Source: Candidatus Amesbacteria bacterium RIFCSPLOWO2_01_FULL_48_25 | Lineage (GTDB): Bacteria > Patescibacteriota > Microgenomatia > CAZETR01 > Amesbacteraceae | NCBI GenBank assembly: GCA_001773695.1 | Contig: MEXN01000005.1 | Coordinates: 67,687 to 131,686, forward strand | Length of the DNA: 64,000 nucleotides | Direction: 5' to 3' | In this document: positions 55,524-64,000 of the stretch, one piece after another | Position numbering within the stretch: position 1 is the first letter of the stretch | Layout of the letters: the number at the start of each line of letters is the position of its first letter | Position numbers and translations under genes: made by a program | Notes under the pieces: generated by a model | Told to the model about the DNA's origin: nothing | Database searches by the model: none | Seen by the model: only the letters and a program-made list of their open reading frames with translations

Positions 55524-56286
55524 AAGACAAAAATTTGTTTTGACGTCGGTGCTACTGTCTGTCGGAGTTCTGGCTGTTCAGTATGCTCCTCTGGAGTGGA
55601 GGTACTGGCTGGTTTTTGGATTGGCGGCTGTTTCCTGGGCGCTTTCGGCCTGGTCGCTTCGGGAGGGGCTGACTGGAGTAGAGTGGTTGGTGGTGACGAT
55701 GCCGCCGGTGCTGTTTACTGGGGCGGTGGGTCTGTTTTACATATTGTTGCCCCAGGCGTGGTGGGCGAAACTACTGGTAGTATTTTTGTTTGGGGTGGGT
55801 GAGTATGCCTTGCTTTTGACAGCTAACATTTTTTCAGTGGCGGCGATTCGAACTATTGCTCTTTTGCGGGCTGCTCATGCTGTAGGATTTGTGATGACAC
55901 TTCTGACGGGATTTTTCATGTATGACACAATTTTATCTTTCAGGTTGGATTTTTGGTGGCAGGGACTTTTGGTCGGAATGGCGACGTTTTTGCTTTTAGT
56001 GCCGGCTTTGTGGTCGGTGGACTTGAGAGAGAAGATTTCTGCTGACACCTGGTGGTTTAGCTTGGGGTTGGGAGAGAGTGTGGGGGGGCTGGCGGTGGCA
56101 GTGGCGTTTTGGCCGGTGACGCTGGCCGTGGCATCGTTGTTTTTGACCACGGCTTTATATGTGTTTTTGGGTATTTCCCAGCATCACTTCTCGCAGAGAT
56201 TGTTTTTTAGAACTGTTATGGAATATGTGGTGGTGGGAGTGGTAGTGTTGGTGACAATGTTAGTCACTTCGGCGTGGGGGGTGTAG
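55516..56286 (+). CDS. Multi-pass membrane protein
   Basis: About 8 TMs; start re-assigned to ATG 55516. Confidence 0.8.
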   Translation: MRKRQKFVLTSVLLSVGVLAVQYAPLEWRYWLVFGLAAVSWALSAWSLREGLTGVEWLVVTMPPVLFTGAVGLFYILLPQAWWAKLLVVFLFGVGEYALLLTANIFSVAAIRTIALLRAAHAVGFVMTLLTGFFMYDTILSFRLDFWWQGLLVGMATFLLLVPALWSVDLREKISADTWWFSLGLGESVGGLAVAVAFWPVTLAVASLFLTTALYVFLGISQHHFSQRLFFRTVMEYVVVGVVVLVTMLVTSAWGV

Positions 56287-56455
56287 TTTCCTCGCCTGGC
56301 TCCAAATTTATTCCCAGGGCTTTTAGTGTTTTTAATATTTCGTCAAGACGTTCTGGCCCTATTGGTTGTTCGGGCAGGGTAGCAGTCCAGCCGGCAGGGG
56401 TGCCTCTGGTGATTGATTTGATTCTGACTCTTACCTCGGCCGGGGGCGGGGGCAT

Positions 56456-57094
56456 GTGGTTGAGATTATAGACACAGTTTGGTTTAAAATTCCAGATATG
56501 TTTCCGGATTGGGAGCGGAGAGTAATTACGCCTTCGATGATTAGAGAGGCTAAGTATGGGCCGATGAAACTGGACGAAAGAAGTAAAGAATTGGCTAGAG
56601 CGGGGCAAGAGTACCATAGGCGTTTGTTTTCGTTAGTTCTGGGTGGCGGGCTGATTGATATTGACGGGAGAAATGTAAAGAAAGAGGTTACGGTAAAGAG
56701 AGCGGTGAGTTTTCCGTGGGAAGTGAAGGCTCGACTGGATGTGGTTGTGGAGAATGGTGATGGCCGTGTGGTTGTTGAGGGGAAAATGCGCAGAGGTGAA
56801 GAGAAAATAGATGCTGTTCAGGCTGTCTGCATAGCAATAGCTGGAGCTACGATTAGGGAATTATTTTTTTGTTATGGTCATGAACACCGATTAGTTCATG
56901 TAAATGTGGAAGGTTTGCGGGAATTGCAACCGATCTTACTGAGCGTGGCTGGGGCTGCCTTGGCTTTCTTGGGGAGGGGAGGACAACGGATGTCAAAAAG
57001 CCAGTTGAAGGAAGAGTTACTGGGAAATTTTAACCCAGTATACGACAGATTGGTGGGTGAGGGGATGAAATTTTTTGGGGTCAATGGGAAGTAG
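56456..57094 (+). CDS. PD-(D/E)XK nuclease-like protein
   Basis: ITPSMI, G..YH, ARLD, VVEGK, Q motif order; start uncertain. Confidence 0.55.
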   Translation: MVEIIDTVWFKIPDMFPDWERRVITPSMIREAKYGPMKLDERSKELARAGQEYHRRLFSLVLGGGLIDIDGRNVKKEVTVKRAVSFPWEVKARLDVVVENGDGRVVVEGKMRRGEEKIDAVQAVCIAIAGATIRELFFCYGHEHRLVHVNVEGLRELQPILLSVAGAALAFLGRGGQRMSKSQLKEELLGNFNPVYDRLVGEGMKFFGVNGK

Positions 57095-57427
57095 GGTAGT
57101 CGCTTTTCACGCGGGGAGGGGAGAGTTTTCACAACTAGGTGATATTACTATGGGACTATCCTGTTGCACTTGGGAAGTGATATTGGGGCTTAACATGGGT
57201 TAGATTACACTAATCTTAGATTTAAATGATATAGTTTGATGTGTATCCCCGAGTAGGGGGGTGCTCCCTTGTTGAGCACAATTTGTGGATAAGTGCTAGG
57301 AAAATGCCGGAGAGAGAGTTATGGATTAAGGTTTGGGGACTGGGGACTAGTAAGAGCAATTAATAAAGTGATAGTGAATAGTAATAGAGATATAGAAAGA
57401 AGGGTTGTTGTTCTTCCCTAGTGGTAC

Positions 57428-57456
57428 TTGACGGCATTACAGTAACTGGGTATAAT
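57428..57456 (+). promoter_or_regulatory. Sigma-70 promoter of the recombinase gene
   Basis: TTGACG-17-TATAAT. Confidence 0.75.
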
Positions 57457-57530
57457 ATCTCTTAGGCTCGGTTACCTTTGATCGGAGGAGACCTAGTCTA
57501 AGAGTTATTAATCCGAGTGATAATTTTCCT

Positions 57531-58493
57531 ATGAATGACGAGGTTCCCCAGAAGTCAAAAGTGAGATTACCCTACTTTGATGAATTCCTCTTATTTCTCA
57601 AGACCCAAAACTATTCCGAAGAAACTTTGTATAACTACGAGGCGGATTTAAAACAGCTGGAACATTTTTTAGAAGAAGAAGAAATTGACTTTCTAGCCTT
57701 GAATAAAGAAAAGGTTAACCATTATAAGGCGTATCTGGTCAGCCGGGAGCGAAAACAGCCGTTTACGGGGCTTACAGCGGGTCGTAAGCTTGAAGCGAGA
57801 TCGGTAAATCGCAACTTATCGACCTTTAGGACTTATTTGCGATATCTCATCGATATGGATCGGAAGGTTCCGGTGCCGCCGGATGCAGTAAAGTTGGTGA
57901 AGACAGATAAGAAACACCCGCAAGTGGCGGAGCTGGCTGAACTAATTTCTCTTATCGAAAGTCCGATGCGGCTTGAGAAAGATCAATTGATTGGGATTCG
58001 CAATCGGGCGATGCTCGAAGTTTTGTTATCCACCGGGATGCGAATTTCGGAACTGGTGTCACTTAATAAAAACCAGCTAGATGGTACGGGTAGATTGTTT
58101 ATCCGCGGTAAGGGACGCAAAGAGAGGTTTGTTTATTTGACCGACAGGGCGGTGTATTGGCTGAACCAATACTTAACCCGAAGGGTGGATCCGGCGCCGG
58201 CGATGTTTGTGCCGTACCGGGGGAATAATGCTGGCAAAATGATTAGGCGGATTTCCACCAATTACTTACAAGCGAAAATTAAGGAGTACAGGGAGAAACT
58301 AAGGATAAATGTACCAACCTCGGCTCATTCGTTGAGACATGGGTTTGCAACTTATCTGGCGGAAAGTGGTGCAAACCCGGCGGCAATACAGGTATTGTTG
58401 GGTCACGAATCTTTGGATACTACAACTCGTTATGTCCATGCGTCGGATAAATTTGCTGAAGAGACGCACCGAAAATTTCATCCGGTAAAATAG
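57531..58493 (+). CDS. XerC/XerD-family tyrosine recombinase
   Basis: SEETL.NY..DL, TGMRISEL, GKG.KER, HSLRHGFAT, LLGHESL.TT.RY. Confidence 0.95.
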   Translation: MNDEVPQKSKVRLPYFDEFLLFLKTQNYSEETLYNYEADLKQLEHFLEEEEIDFLALNKEKVNHYKAYLVSRERKQPFTGLTAGRKLEARSVNRNLSTFRTYLRYLIDMDRKVPVPPDAVKLVKTDKKHPQVAELAELISLIESPMRLEKDQLIGIRNRAMLEVLLSTGMRISELVSLNKNQLDGTGRLFIRGKGRKERFVYLTDRAVYWLNQYLTRRVDPAPAMFVPYRGNNAGKMIRRISTNYLQAKIKEYREKLRINVPTSAHSLRHGFATYLAESGANPAAIQVLLGHESLDTTTRYVHASDKFAEETHRKFHPVK

Positions 58494-58545
58494 CCCCTGG
58501 TCCCCTACTCCAGTCCCCTGTTTGTGAAAACAATTTTGTGGAAAT

Positions 58546-58959
58546 TTAAATTTCGTTAATAAATCCACGGCATTTAGGCGAACCACAGTGGCAAACTTCC
58601 AATGGTTCTTTGGAATCGAAGGCGTAGTCGACAGTTAGTTCGTTGCCTTTCGGAATAAATTTGTTGGAATAAAGAAAAACCCGATTTTTAAATCTTTCAG
58701 CGTCGCAATTCGGATCACAGGAGTGATTTATATATTTTGAGTTGTTACCTCCGATTGCAGCGTCGATACTGTATCTGTCGTTGACGTCGAAGATATATGT
58801 GATACCAATTTTTTCGTTTTGTTTTTCGCGACGTGCTTCCTCTTTTTTGTCAATTAACTCTCCAGTATATTCAATTATCCGAGTGCCGACCGGGATATCT
58901 TGACCCGCAAAAATTCCGAAATTGTGGATATGAGATTTTTTTACAAAAGTTTTAATCAT
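58546..58959 (-). CDS. SET-domain lysine methyltransferase with post-SET zinc motif
   Basis: GIFA, IEYTGE, INHSCDPN, ELTVDY, CHCGSPKC. Confidence 0.95.
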   Translation of the reverse strand: MIKTFVKKSHIHNFGIFAGQDIPVGTRIIEYTGELIDKKEEARREKQNEKIGITYIFDVNDRYSIDAAIGGNNSKYINHSCDPNCDAERFKNRVFLYSNKFIPKGNELTVDYAFDSKEPLEVCHCGSPKCRGFINEI

Positions 58960-59111
58960 TAATTTTATTTCAATAATTTATTACGCACAAATATGATATT
59001 TAACGCCTTAGTAGGGCCATAAAAAAACTTGACATAAAATTGATTATTATTCAGACTCAATTGTATTAGTTGTATAGTGTTTGTTTGAAATGAAAATTTC
59101 AAAAGCCGTTA

Positions 59112-60071
59112 ATGAAAAGAATAAATTCGATAACTGTATTATATAACTTACCCGAATTGAGTGATGAATCGGACACTGATACGCAAAAATCGGCTCAGAG
59201 AGTGGCGGAGGAATTGAAGCGATATTATGACGTTAGAATATTGGGAATTGATAGTAACGATATTGGTAATTTGATGAATTTAAAAACGGATTTTGTGTTT
59301 AATCTGGTCGAGTGGTCGGGACTAAATTCGCAATGGGGAGTGAAAGTTATCGAGACTTTGGAAAAGGCCGGTCTCCCCTACTCTGGTTCTAACTCTTGGG
59401 GGTATTGGTTGTCATGTAATAAAAAAATTATGAAAGAAGAGATGGATAAAAAAAATATTCCTACACCAAGATGGTTTGTAAACGAGGGCAAGTTGAAATT
59501 TCCGGTGATTGTGAAACCCGTGCTTGAGCATTGTGGGATAGGAATTTCGCAAACCAGTGTTTGCTACAACGACCAAGACACAAGAAACAAGGTACAAGAA
59601 ATGATGGAAAAATATAAACAACCGGTGTTGGTGGAAGAATATATCGACGGGCGGGAGTTGCATGTGACTATTCTGGAAAAAAACGGGGAACCGTGGGTGC
59701 TGCCACCTGCCGAGGTGATTTATGAGAAAAAAGAAGGGCATGTGCCGATTTTGTCCTACGAAATGAAGTGGAACGAGAAGTCGGAAGAGTACAAAATGGC
59801 TAGGATGCAGGTGGCGAAATTGGATAAGAGGCTTGAGAAAGAGGTAGGGAGAATCGCTAAAAAGTGCTATTTGGAATTGGGGGGAAGGGATTATCCCCGT
59901 TTGGATCTAAGAATTAGGGATAATGAGATTTTTGTGTTGGAGATAAATAACAATCCGGGTATTGATTACGATGTTGAAAGCGGTATTGGTGTGTCTGCAA
60001 GAGCGGTGAGTTTGAATTGGGAAGACTTACTGAAACACATTGTGGAAAACGCTTGGAGGAGGTTTGTATGA
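59112..60071 (+). CDS. Ddl-like ATP-grasp ligase 1
   Basis: VFNLVE, VKP..EH.GIGI, EEYIDGRE, RLDLR, LEINNNP. Confidence 0.9.
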   Translation: MKRINSITVLYNLPELSDESDTDTQKSAQRVAEELKRYYDVRILGIDSNDIGNLMNLKTDFVFNLVEWSGLNSQWGVKVIETLEKAGLPYSGSNSWGYWLSCNKKIMKEEMDKKNIPTPRWFVNEGKLKFPVIVKPVLEHCGIGISQTSVCYNDQDTRNKVQEMMEKYKQPVLVEEYIDGRELHVTILEKNGEPWVLPPAEVIYEKKEGHVPILSYEMKWNEKSEEYKMARMQVAKLDKRLEKEVGRIAKKCYLELGGRDYPRLDLRIRDNEIFVLEINNNPGIDYDVESGIGVSARAVSLNWEDLLKHIVENAWRRFV

Positions 60072-61117
60072 CTCCATTACATTTTGATTATCCGATTTCC
60101 GTGGCGGTATTGTATTACGGGGGGGAAGCCGGTGATTTACAGGATACTGAGGAGGCAGTAGAAGGAATTACCCAAGCTCTGGAAGAAAACGGACACGTGG
60201 TCCGGACGATGTTGGTGAATGAAAGAAATTGGTTGAGGGCGGTTCGGACGCCGGGTGAGGTGGTGTTTAATTTGGTGGAAGATCCAATGTGGGAGTTGTA
60301 CGTAAAAGTGGGGCAAAGGTTGGAAATGCTGGGGAGAGCTCAGGTGGGACATGATATGAAATGTTTCAAGTATGCGACACGTAAGGCGTGGGTAAAAAAT
60401 CGGATGCAAAAATTGGGAATAAGCACCCCGAATTTTAGGATATTTAACCGGAGATCTAAGTTTAGTCAGGTGCGGGGACTTGAATTTCCATTAATGGTTA
60501 AGCCGTCCAGGCAGCACGCTGGGATTGGGATTTCCCAGGACTCGGTGGTGATTGACCAGCAGGAATTGGAAGAAAGAGTGAAGTATTTGTTTAGTAATTT
60601 TCCCGGAGAAGTAATTGCGGAAGAGTTTGTAGATGGGCGGGAAATTCACGTCACTTTGATGGGTAATAATAGGCGGGTGGTGGCGCTGCCAGCGAGTGAA
60701 GTAAGTTTTGGGGGAGAGTTTGTAGACAATTGGGATGTATATTCCTATGAGGCTAAGTGGGATAAGAAGTCTTGGGAGTATTGGGACGCGCGGGTGGAGG
60801 CACCGGCGAAATTGCCCCGCAAACTGGAGGAAAAGATAGAGAAACTGGCTATCGGTGCGTATAGGGCATTTGGGTGTCGGGATATTGCCAGAATAGACTT
60901 AAGGCTTAATGAAAAGGACCGACCGTTTATTGTCGATGTAAATATGAACCCCAGCCTAAATAAATTTGACGATCAGGATGCGACGCTGGCGTCCGTTTAT
61001 GCATTGGACTGGACGTATGAGCAATTTGTGGAGACCTTAGTGGCGATTACTTATAAACGTGTTTATGGGAGGTTGCCGGACCGGATTCGCGAGCGGCAAT
61101 TGATGCTGACGGCATGA
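60068..61117 (+). CDS. Ddl-like ATP-grasp ligase 2
   Basis: VFNLVE, VKP..QHAGIGI, EEFVDGRE, RIDLR, VDVNMNP; ATGA-coupled. Confidence 0.9.
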   Translation: MTPLHFDYPISVAVLYYGGEAGDLQDTEEAVEGITQALEENGHVVRTMLVNERNWLRAVRTPGEVVFNLVEDPMWELYVKVGQRLEMLGRAQVGHDMKCFKYATRKAWVKNRMQKLGISTPNFRIFNRRSKFSQVRGLEFPLMVKPSRQHAGIGISQDSVVIDQQELEERVKYLFSNFPGEVIAEEFVDGREIHVTLMGNNRRVVALPASEVSFGGEFVDNWDVYSYEAKWDKKSWEYWDARVEAPAKLPRKLEEKIEKLAIGAYRAFGCRDIARIDLRLNEKDRPFIVDVNMNPSLNKFDDQDATLASVYALDWTYEQFVETLVAITYKRVYGRLPDRIRERQLMLTA

Positions 61118-61497
61118 TACTTGAAGACGGAAAAACTAACACCCAGTTCGGTCAAGAGCTTATACTGGACTTGTACGAGTGCGATTTGAAAAGAATTTCT
61201 GACGGGGAGCATATCCGAAAATATATTGTTAAATTGTGTGATGAAGTGATTTTGATGAAGAGATATAAAGGGCCGTTGATTGAACATTTCGGACATGATA
61301 ATCCAATTACAGCGGGATACTCGGTGGTGCAACTTATAGAGACTAGCTGCGTCTCGGGACACTTTTCTGAATACAAAAAATCCTGTTACATTAATATTTT
61401 TTCGTGCAAATGGTTTGATGCGGATGCTGCGGCGGAGTTTACTAAGAACTGGTTTGGAGCTACCTCGTTTCGTAGGAAAGTGTTACAACGGAGGTGA
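61114..61497 (+). CDS. speD: Pyruvoyl-dependent AdoMet decarboxylase (SpeD) family protein
   Basis: G.ELILDLYEC, HFG, GYS.VQLIETS..SGH, INIFSCK.FD. Confidence 0.85.
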   Translation: MILEDGKTNTQFGQELILDLYECDLKRISDGEHIRKYIVKLCDEVILMKRYKGPLIEHFGHDNPITAGYSVVQLIETSCVSGHFSEYKKSCYINIFSCKWFDADAAAEFTKNWFGATSFRRKVLQRR

Positions 61498-62185
61498 TGT
61501 CAGTGGAGCCGGGTTCTACTTGGGTATCCCCTCCCCCACGGCCTATGGCCTTTTCGGATAGTGCTAGGTAGGGTCTGGGAAATGAAGGCTCCGATTCCTG
61601 GACATTGACGATTCGACCCAGGGTAAGTCCAGCTGAGCGGGACAGGCTTTCCGCCTTGATTTTGGCTTCTTTGACTGCCTCTTGCCGGGCTTGTTGTGAT
61701 AGTTCTTTTTGGCGGGTTTCGTCTACGGTAAATTGGACTGAGCTAATTGTATTGGCACCTTGGGCTGTGGCTGTATCTATGGCCTCGTTTATTTTTTCAA
61801 GATTTCTGACGGTGACAGTAAGACTGGTAGATACTTGGTAGCCAGTGATGCGATTGGTGCCGCTTTGGTAGTCGTATTGAGGATAGATGGAATATTGATC
61901 GGTCTTAATGTCCTTTTCGGCAATGCCAGCACTTTTCAGGCTGGAAGTAATCCGGTTGATTATAGTGTTGGCTTCTGTTTGGGCTGCCTTGACAGTGGGA
62001 CGGGAGACCGTGATGCCTAGGCTGATGATGGCTGTGTCGGGGATGACTGTAACTTTGCCGGTGCCAGTGACGGTGAATAAATCTTGTTTTTGGGTGACGG
62101 TAGAAGAAATTGGTATGGCTGGAGCGAAGCGCAGAAGGAGGTAGGCCAGAATGAATATGGAGAAAATATTAATTAGGCCTTTCAT
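61460..62185 (-). CDS. SIMPL/DUF541 periplasmic protein
   Basis: TVTGTGKV...PD.A, DIKT...SIYPQY, GAN, A...A..KA..L, LG.I..V.E. Confidence 0.92.
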   Translation of the reverse strand: MKGLINIFSIFILAYLLLRFAPAIPISSTVTQKQDLFTVTGTGKVTVIPDTAIISLGITVSRPTVKAAQTEANTIINRITSSLKSAGIAEKDIKTDQYSIYPQYDYQSGTNRITGYQVSTSLTVTVRNLEKINEAIDTATAQGANTISSVQFTVDETRQKELSQQARQEAVKEAKIKAESLSRSAGLTLGRIVNVQESEPSFPRPYLALSEKAIGRGGGDTQVEPGSTDITSVVTLSYETR

Positions 62186-63560
62186 ATATCCCTGTTTTGG
62201 TTATATCATTTTGTGAAACAAGTTTCCATTCTTTATATTCGGTGGGAAGTTGACCGCGGACAAGGAGGTAATCGAGGTTTCCGGAAGGCGTTGCAATGTA
62301 AGCGTTTAGGTAGAATAAATTATTAATGCCGATAGGTAGAACTTTATCTGTGTCTTTGAAAAAATGATCGAAGTCGTAGTAATCTCCAAAGTCGAATGCG
62401 AGTTTGGAGGCAAGGAGTTTTTCTTTGGGTTGGAGATATTTTAAATTAGCAGCGAAACGATAAGAGATGCTGAATACCGAATACAGAATACAGAATACTA
62501 TAAGGGCCTTGTGTTTTGATGCTATCGATGCCGCGACGATGGATAGGGCGGGGAGGTAGGGCAGGATGAAGCGGCCGCCACCGGTATTGGGGGTCAAGAT
62601 CCAAATTATTAAAGATAATAGAGAATAGAGAATAATAATTTTTAATTTATGATTTTTAATTTTTAAAGTCGGGATTAAAAGTAGTGAAACCAGATAGATG
62701 GGGTGGATGGGATCGACGGCGTGGGTAAGTAAATTTAATAAATTTCTGGGATCTAGTGAAATGTGCGTGTCAGTGTAGAGAGATGAAAAGAAGGGATAAA
62801 ATGGGTTGCTAGTGTGATAATAGGCACGGAGAAGCCAAGGGCTTAAAACGAGTATTACGTATAACGTATAACGTATGAGGGGTTTGAATGATTTTTCTTT
62901 GAACCAGAGAAGTAGCCAGAAGATGGGGAGGGAGGTGAGGGCTAAAAGCTTGGTGGAGGCGGCGAGTCCTAGCATGACGGCGGATTTGTATATTTTGTTC
63001 TGGGTGAACATATAAAGGGCCATGATTTCAAAAAAGGCCCTGGATAAATCTATGTAGGCCGAAGTTTGTTGCCAGCCAAATACAAGATTGGCTGATAATA
63101 TGAGAACAGCTAAGAGTGAGCGGGAAAGTTTGTAGGTGACGATAAGAGTTAAAACTCCGAACAAGTAATGAATAAGCTTGCCCGGGAAAATAAAGTAAAA
63201 CATTTCGGTGAGCATGGGCATGACGGAGTATTTAAACTGCGCGCCGGGGATGAAAATCATTTCACCTCGTTGAAGCCAGATTTTGGGAAGAGTGAGATGA
63301 TACCAGAGAGCGTCGAAACCGATTTCCGGGCCAAGAGCGCCAACCAAGTTTACAAGTAACTGAGTGATTAAAAGACTAAGTAATATTTTTGATAATTTAT
63401 CTTCCGGAAGTTTAAAAGAGAGATTCTTTAATTTATTAAACAGCCAGAGCGCTAGGGGGATAGTGACTAAAATAATATTGGTTTTGGTGAGGAGGTGGAG
63501 TACGCCGAGGAAAAAAATGGTGTATGAATAGAGGCCGAGGGTGAGAGCTAGTGCGAACAC
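62169..63560 (-). CDS. GT-C type (polyprenyl-sugar) membrane glycosyltransferase
   Basis: Many TMs; P...FDALWYHL..P, AYID, TK, NPFYP, GRF.LP. Confidence 0.75.
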   Translation of the reverse strand: MFALALTLGLYSYTIFFLGVLHLLTKTNIILVTIPLALWLFNKLKNLSFKLPEDKLSKILLSLLITQLLVNLVGALGPEIGFDALWYHLTLPKIWLQRGEMIFIPGAQFKYSVMPMLTEMFYFIFPGKLIHYLFGVLTLIVTYKLSRSLLAVLILSANLVFGWQQTSAYIDLSRAFFEIMALYMFTQNKIYKSAVMLGLAASTKLLALTSLPIFWLLLWFKEKSFKPLIRYTLYVILVLSPWLLRAYYHTSNPFYPFFSSLYTDTHISLDPRNLLNLLTHAVDPIHPIYLVSLLLIPTLKIKNHKLKIIILYSLLSLIIWILTPNTGGGRFILPYLPALSIVAASIASKHKALIVFCILYSVFSISYRFAANLKYLQPKEKLLASKLAFDFGDYYDFDHFFKDTDKVLPIGINNLFYLNAYIATPSGNLDYLLVRGQLPTEYKEWKLVSQNDITKTGIYERPN

Positions 63561-63623
63561 AACATTATTTTACTTCGTTTTCTTTTTCCAGGCAGGTGAC
63601 TGAGGAGATGGAATAGCCCTTTA

Positions 63624-64000
63624 TTATTGAGTTGTAATTAAGTGGGAAATTAGTATTTGGTCCAACTTGTCCGAATTTAATTTATGAACTTCGTCCTTTT
63701 TTTCTTGTTTCTCAGCGTCCCTGTCGTAGTAGGCTTCACCTACTTTACCGAATCCGCAGGCTCGGAGAACGTTTCGGGATTTTATATTTTGAGGATCGAT
63801 GGTGGCTATAAAAATTGTCTCGTGGTGTGTGAGTCCTTTGCCACTCGCATAGGCCTTTATGGCTTGCCTGGTGGCACTGGCTACTTGATTAGGTTTGGCT
63901 CCCGGGAGAGCAGCAAAGCTGACTTCTGAAAGTTTAGTATCTGGTATATTAATTCCTCCCTTCTTGAAACAATCCATTGATTCCTGGCTTACGGGATAAA
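63624..64000 (-). CDS. GNAT (RimJ/RimL-like) acetyltransferase, probably 5'-truncated by the window edge
   Basis: ATIDPQNIKSRNVL..CGF motif; the frame is open to the end of the window. Confidence 0.6.
   Translation of the reverse strand, partial: YPVSQESMDCFKKGGINIPDTKLSEVSFAALPGAKPNQVASATRQAIKAYASGKGLTHHETIFIATIDPQNIKSRNVLRACGFGKVGEAYYDRDAEKQEKKDEVHKLNSDKLDQILISHLITTQ

Noticed and set aside
57095-57530. Replication origin
   Set aside because: Only one perfect DnaA box, no dnaA/dnaN nearby and no skew switch.
58978-59008. Possible dif site (TTACGCACAA-ATATGA-TATTTAACGCC) near the Xer gene
   Set aside because: The right arm does not match the XerD consensus TTATGTTAAAT, and no G-skew inversion is visible across the region.
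57531-61497. Prophage or integrative element driven by the tyrosine recombinase
   Set aside because: The protein looks like a housekeeping Xer; no att repeats, phage genes or conjugation genes were found.
739-62876. CRISPR array
   Set aside because: Repeats are dispersed or short tandem units without regular 25-45-nt spacers, and there is no cas operon.
41-64000. Numerous long opposite-strand or alternate-frame ORFs in the ORF track (e.g. 1944-2711, 30892-31536, 37820-38380, 44866-45423)
   Set aside because: They are shadow ORFs of well-supported genes, Pro/Ser/His-rich because of strand G-skew, with no motifs.
1-64000. Alternative genetic code (TGA=Gly)
   Set aside because: Conserved genes are intact under code 11, and TGA serves as a stop (e.g. 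galU, prfA, ATGA overlaps).

Overview
This is a gene-dense chromosomal segment, G-rich on the + strand, of a small-genome bacterium. Shortened translation factors, pervasive leaderless promoters, many orphan genes and a near-absence of biosynthetic pathways suggest a Patescibacteria/CPR organism, probably Microgenomates (inference, not a database result). The housekeeping backbone is rpsB-tsf-frr-rseP, galU, tgt, HIT-rpsU-yqeY, dnaX-ybaB-recR, cysS, rarA, dus, ychF, rpsF-ssb-rpsR, ctpA-htrA-rpmE-prfA, hisS, dnaB, tRNA-Leu(CAA), efp, yebC and a Xer-type recombinase. It is interrupted by orphan genes and five type II toxin-antitoxin cassettes. The most notable signals are: (1) several families of short palindromic or heptameric repeats inserted in frame into essential genes, including two ~82-nt long-hairpin elements in tgt and dus; (2) a divergent SET-domain gene facing a coupled operon of two Ddl-like ATP-grasp ligases and a pyruvoyl SpeD-like decarboxylase; (3) a repeated 'small paralogous acidic protein + Gly-rich membrane protein' orphan array; (4) a TA cassette bracketed by a 38-bp duplication of the dnaB 3' end; (5) two candidate small RNAs with their own promoter and terminator, one facing an NYN RNase and one upstream of hisS. 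No CRISPR array, rRNA, transposase or prophage was seen.
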